Part shown: positions 59,146 to 64,000 of the stretch, one piece after another
Layout of the letters: each line of letters opens with the position of its first letter
Numbering within the stretch: position 1 is the first letter of the stretch
Assembly (NCBI GenBank): GCA_002269645.1
Contig: NIVC01001670.1
Span: 145,091 to 209,090 of the forward strand
Direction of reading: 5' to 3'
DNA from: Macrostomum lignano
Lineage: Eukaryota
DNA: 64,000 nt
Notes under the pieces: model-generated
Told to the model about the DNA's origin: nothing
Seen by the model: the letters and a program-made list of their open reading frames with translations, nothing else
Databases searched by the model: none
Made by a program: the position numbers and the translations under genes

Positions 59146-61537
59146 ATGCAGAGCAAAAGAATCAGCCTCTTTAACAACTTGCAGCAGCGCCAGGTCAGCG
59201 GTCAGCACAGCAGCAGATCCCGCGCTCTGCAGGCCTCCGGCGGCAGTGCTGGCGGCGGCCGCAGCGGCCATCGGTCCCCGAGCCTCTCCGACCGGGAGGA
59301 CATGCTGCTGGACAGCAGCAACAGCGGCGGCGCCGGTGGTGGTGGCGACTTCTCGCACGATTCAGCCGCGCTGGTGAAGGACCGGAGGCGCGAGCTGCAC
59401 ACGCAGGCCGAGCAGAAGCGCAGGGACGCCATCAAGCAGGGCTATGACAAGCTGTACGAGCTGGTTGGCGCCGCGCCCAGCGCCTCGGCTGCCGGCGGCG
59501 CCGCCGCTGCTGGTGGCGGATCCGGAGAAACTAACGCCAAGTCGCTGAGCAAAGCGTCCATCTTGCAGAGGTCAATCAGGCACATGGAGCATCTGGCCAA
59601 GCAGAAGGAGTTGCAGGAGCGCGAGCTGGACAAACTGCACAAAGAGGTGCGAGGGTGCTAGCCTTGATGAGTGCCATTCCAGCCTTGATGAGTGCCATTC
59701 CAGCCTTGATGAGTGCCATTCCAGCTTTGATGAGTGCCATTCCAGCCTTGATGAGTGCCATTCCAGACTTGATGAGTGCCATTCTAGTATTGATGAGTGC
59801 CATTCTAGTATTGATGAGTGCCATTCTAGTATTGATGAGTGCCATTCTAGTATTGATGAGTGCCATTCTAGTATTGATGAGTGCCATTCTAGTATTGATG
59901 AGTGCCATTCCAGCCTTGATGAGTGCCATTCTAGTATTGATGAGTGCCATTCTAGTATTGTTGAGTGCCATTCTAGTATTGATGAGTGCCATTCCAGCCT
60001 AGATGAGTGCCATTCCAGACTTCATGAGTGCCATTCTAGTATTGATGAGTGCCATTCCAGCCTTGATGAGTGCCATTCTAGTACTGATGAGTGCCATTCT
60101 AGTACTGATGAGTGCCATTCCAGCCTTGATAAGTGCCATTCTAGTATTGATGAGTGCCATTCTAGTATTGATGAGTGCCATTCTAGTATTGATGAGTGCC
60201 ATTCTAGTATTGATGATGCCATTCCAGCCTTGATAAGTGCCATTCTAGTATTGATGAGTGCCATTCCAGCCTTGATAGTGCCATTCTAGTATTGATGAGT
60301 GCCATTCCAGCCTAGATGAGTGCCATTCCAGACTTGATGAGTGCCATTCTAGTATTGATGAGTGCCATTCCAGCCTTGATGAGTGCCATTCTAGTACTGA
60401 TGAATGCCATTCCAGCCTTGATGAGTGCCATTCTAGTACTGATGAGTGCCATTCCAGCCTTGATAAGTGCAATTCTAGTACTGATGAGTGCCATTCCAGC
60501 CTTGATAAGTGCCATTCTAGTATTGATGAGTGCCATTCTAGTATTGATGAGTGCCATTCTAGTATTGATGAGTGCCATTCCAGCCTTGATGAGTGCCATT
60601 CTAGTATTGATGAGTGCCATTCCAGCCTTGATGAGTGCCATTCTAGTACTGATGAATGCCATTCCAGCCTTGATGAGTGCCATTCCAGCCTTGATAAGTG
60701 CAATTCTAGTACTGATGAGTGCCATTCCAGCCTAGATGAGTGCCATTCCAGACTTGATGAGTGCCATTCTAGTATTGATGAGTGCCATTCCAGCCTTGAT
60801 GAGTGCCATTCTAGTACTGATGAATGCCATTCCAGCCTTGATGAGTGCCATTCTAGTACTGATGAGTGCCATTCCAGCCTTGATAAGTGCAATTCTAGTA
60901 CTGATGAGTGCCATTCCAGCCTAGATGAGTGCCATTCCAGACTTGATGAGTGCCATTCTAGTATTGATGAGTGCCATTCCAGCCTTGATGAGTGCCATTC
61001 TAGTACTGATGAATGCCATTCCAGCCTTGATGAGTGCCATTCTAGTACTGATGAGTGCCATTCCAGCCTTGATAAGTGCAATTCTAGTACTGATGAGTGC
61101 CATTCCAGCCTTGATCTAGGGATTCTGCTTAGTGATATACAATACAAGTTGCTCATAAATCATAGCTAATAACTAAACCTGTCTACCAACTGCAGGTGAT
61201 GGCGCTGAAGATAATGAAGATGAACTATGAGCACTTTGTGAGCAGTGCCGGAGCATCTGGCGGGGCTGCGGCCGCCTCTTCGCCGCAGTCGCAGCCGCTG
61301 CCCGAGCAGGTGAAGTTCAGCGTGTTCCAGTCCGTGATGGACCAGCTGTTCGCCGGCTTCGACCGGTCCACGTCGGCTGGCAGCTTCGCCGAGCTGTCCG
61401 GCTGCGTAATCACCTGGCTGGAGGAGCAGTGCCGGCCGCAGACGGTGCACGAGCTGTCTGTACAGGCGCTACAGCAGGTGCTGACACAGTACAGCCAGCA
61501 GCAGCAGGGCAGGCAGGCTCCTGGCAACCGGCTGTGA
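59146..61537 (+). CDS. Mlx: Max-like protein X (bHLH-Zip + DCD); exons ~59146-59646 (5' end uncertain) and 61196-61537
   Basis: RRRELHTQAEQKRRDAIKQGYDKL...LSKASILQRSIRHM...LHKE|VMALKIMKMNYE...QVKFSVFQSVMDQLF...FAELSGCVITWLEEQCRPQTV; phase 0-0 GT-AG intron 59647-61195. Confidence 0.93.
59660..61115. repeat. 21-bp minisatellite (TTGATGAGTGCCATTCCAGCC / ...TCTAGTA), about 69 copies, filling the Mlx intron
   Basis: Two unit types in a higher-order pattern; source of the MSAI/MALI pseudo-ORFs. Confidence 0.97.
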
Positions 61538-61577
61538 GCTCTCATTAACACTACATTAGAGTACAGTGACTAAAATA

Positions 61578-61831
61578 ACTAGATGGGCCACTCAGCACAT
61601 TTGCGTTTAAACTACTTTCAGTTCAGTAGTAAGTTAAATAGAAGCATTTTAATGTATTTTAGGGCGGCACAGGTTTTTTCGTCATCTTACCCCCCTCCCC
61701 CCAAGCTGCCAAGTGGATGTACATGACAGATGCACTAATAACATGTCATTTCCATCTGCAACTGCCTTCTTCCTTACTACTGAACTGAAAGTAGTAAAAG
61801 CCCATATATTTGCCTAAGTGACGCGTCTAGT
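61578..61831. mobile_element. 254-bp MITE, TA-flanked, ACTAG...CTAGT termini
   Basis: Inverted core ACTACTTTCAGTTCAGTAGTAAG; TA on both sides. Confidence 0.7.
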
Positions 61832-62046
61832 TATTAAAAATAGCATCTGTGGTCGCCTTTGCCCGTTGATAACTTTATCGTGACAAGAACTGGCTCTGGG
61901 GCGACTCTTGTGACTTGTGACTCAAACGACTGCAATACGACGGTGAGGCGACTGTTGAGACACAAGCGCATCACGTGAATTGCAGAATCGTAAGAGCCTC
62001 AAAAAAGTCATCCAAAAGTCGTGTTATCACCACAAATACTAGAATA

Positions 62047-62454
62047 ACTAGATGGGCCACGCAGCACATTTGCGTGTAAGCTACTTTCAGTTCAGTAGTA
62101 TGTTAAACTGAAGCATTTTTAAAGCCAAAGCTCATTAATTGGCTCTTAACCCCCCTCCATCCCCAGCTTAAACCCTCCAACCGCGCCTTTCACACTGCCC
62201 CCGTCCCGCCCCAATTTTATTGCCATTCTCGGAATTCCAGCCTAAAGCTGCCATGTACATTTCAGTGGACTGGCTAATGTACATTATTGCCTGAACCAAT
62301 TAGAAGCTGTTTACGCCTGCAAGCTTGGGCTTCTAAACTTATCAAAGTCATTTCAGCTGCCTTTTTTTTATAAAAAAGCTTATGTATTCTTCTTGCTACT
62401 GAACTGAAAGTAGAAAGCTGTTTTACTAAGTAAATATGCCTGAGTGGCCCATCA
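62047..62454. mobile_element. Second, longer copy of the same MITE family with a damaged right end
   Basis: Left about 75 bp near-identical to 61578; inverted core at about 62395-62454. Confidence 0.65.
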
Positions 62455-63369
62455 ACGAAAACTTATTAATTCTTATTTGAAATTAACAGGCTTGCTGTCT
62501 GCTTGTGCATTCGAATATTTCCTGCCAAATCTGACAATGCTGATTTACGAGCTCGTAGCTTTAATCCCACTGGGCATCTTCTAACCAAAGCTAATCCCCG
62601 ACTAGCACAGATCCCCGCGAGTGCCTTGCCCGCCTGTTTAATGATAATCATGAGCACAGCAGTTCTAAAATTCTATAATGATCCAATCTGTATATAGCAA
62701 ACTGTTGATGTCATTTTTCTTCTATTTTATCATCATTATTTATTTATTATACCTGCAGGCAAATTACTAATTAAATAGATAATATATAGTACTAGTCAAC
62801 TCTCCCTACTTGCAGTAGTGTCCAATCTCTGCGTAAGAAAAAAAGGTTTAAAAATCCCAAAATAAGCGAGTCCGCAGTCCTTAATAATAACACTAATGAA
62901 TTGCGAGTTTTTGTGCAACTCTGTAAAGTTGAGCAGTCAGGGAGGGCCTCGCCACTTCAATTGAATTTTCATTTGGTGCCGTCGACTGCAGATTTTCAGT
63001 TGCTATGCTGCATGTAAGTCCCATGCAATCTGTTCTTCATCATTTTGATTTTTTTATCTTCACGCGCTGGGCTGCTCATTGTGTTAATTAAACTCGCCCC
63101 CCTGTCGCTTGAGTCCGTTTTTTAGCAAAAGAAAAAAATTATGAAAATACGAAGTGCTGTAATTATACATTTTTTCTCTGACGAATTCTTGTTGCTAACT
63201 TAAACTTTTGTGGATGAGCATTGATAATTATACAGCCTGCTGCTGGTTTTGTGTGCCAGCCATCTGCTTATCACGCTAATTGAATATTTGGCTTTCGAAT
63301 CTGGGCTTCTCTCACTGCCGTTGAACTGACTGTTAAGGAGCTGACTCTGATAAATCCCGCATCCTGACA

Positions 63370-63965
63370 CTGGCAGGTCCCGCCTCCTGACACTGACTGA
63401 TCCCACCTCCTGACACTGCCTGATCCCACCTCCTGACACTGCCTGATCCCGCTCCCTAACATTGACAGATACCATTACTTGACTCTGACAGATCCCATTA
63501 CCTGACACTGACAGATCCCATTACCTGACACTGACAGATCCCATTACCTAACACTGACAGTTCCCGCCTCCTGACACTGACAGATCCCGCCTCCTGACAC
63601 TGATAGATCCTGCCTCCTGGCACTGACAGATCCCGCCTTCTGACACTGATAGATCCCGCCTCCTGACACTGGCAGATCCCATTACCTGACACTGACAGAT
63701 CCCGCCTCCTGACACTGACAGATCCCGTCTTCTGACACTGACATATCCGCCTCCTGACACTGATAGATCCCGCCTCCTGACACTGACAGATTCCGCCTCC
63801 TGACACTGACAGATCCCATTACCTGACACTGACAGATCCCGCCTTCTGACAGTAGCAGATCCCATTACCTGACACTGAGAGTTCCCATTATCTGACACTA
63901 ACAGTTCCATTGCCTGATACTGACAGACCCCATTACCTGACTCTGACAGATCCCATTTACCTGAC
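63370..63965. repeat. 23-bp minisatellite (CCTGACACTGACAGATCCCGCCT / ...CCCATTA)
   Basis: Direct reading. Confidence 0.92.
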
Positions 63966-64000
63966 AGCTCTCACTGGAATGAATAGAATCAGAAAAGTTT

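Noticed and set aside
59576-61156. MALI/MSAI/LEWHSS ORFs
   Set aside because: 21-bp array inside the Mlx intron, bounded by valid splice sites

Overview
Intron-containing animal genomic DNA. GC-rich exons are separated by introns and spacers filled with mini/microsatellites and DNA transposons. The style recalls the flatworm Macrostomum, but that is an inference and the species cannot be established here. Six protein-coding genes can be assembled with phase-consistent GT-AG introns: (1) an FN3 + single-TM protein with an FNDC4/5-like membrane segment (minus, 9036-14243); (2) a neuropeptide-type class A GPCR with altered activation motifs (plus, 18149-23673); (3) PDHX/E3BP (minus, 31379-~33671); (4) a divergent, apparently intronless Mlx-like bHLH-Zip gene (minus, 40172-40882); (5) Rab11 (minus, 51314-56621); (6) canonical Mlx (plus, ~59146-61537). 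A four-to-five-element nested transposon stack (mariner > hAT / CCATAG element > CAAGG foldback MITE) lies at 34507-38405 and has exact target-site duplications. The most unusual structure is a 9.3-kb head-to-tail pair of non-autonomous Helitron/Helentron-like elements (41969-51250), starting about 60 bp behind the Rab11 stop. All three junctions read CTAG^T. The elements have subterminal inverted repeats and terminal hairpins, one hairpin shows a compensatory change, each element carries a tRNA-like Pol III module, and one carries a ~56-copy minisatellite whose unit mimics a Helitron 3' end. Most long ORFs in the supplied track are artefacts of tandem repeats. All coordinates were read by eye; no database searches were run.
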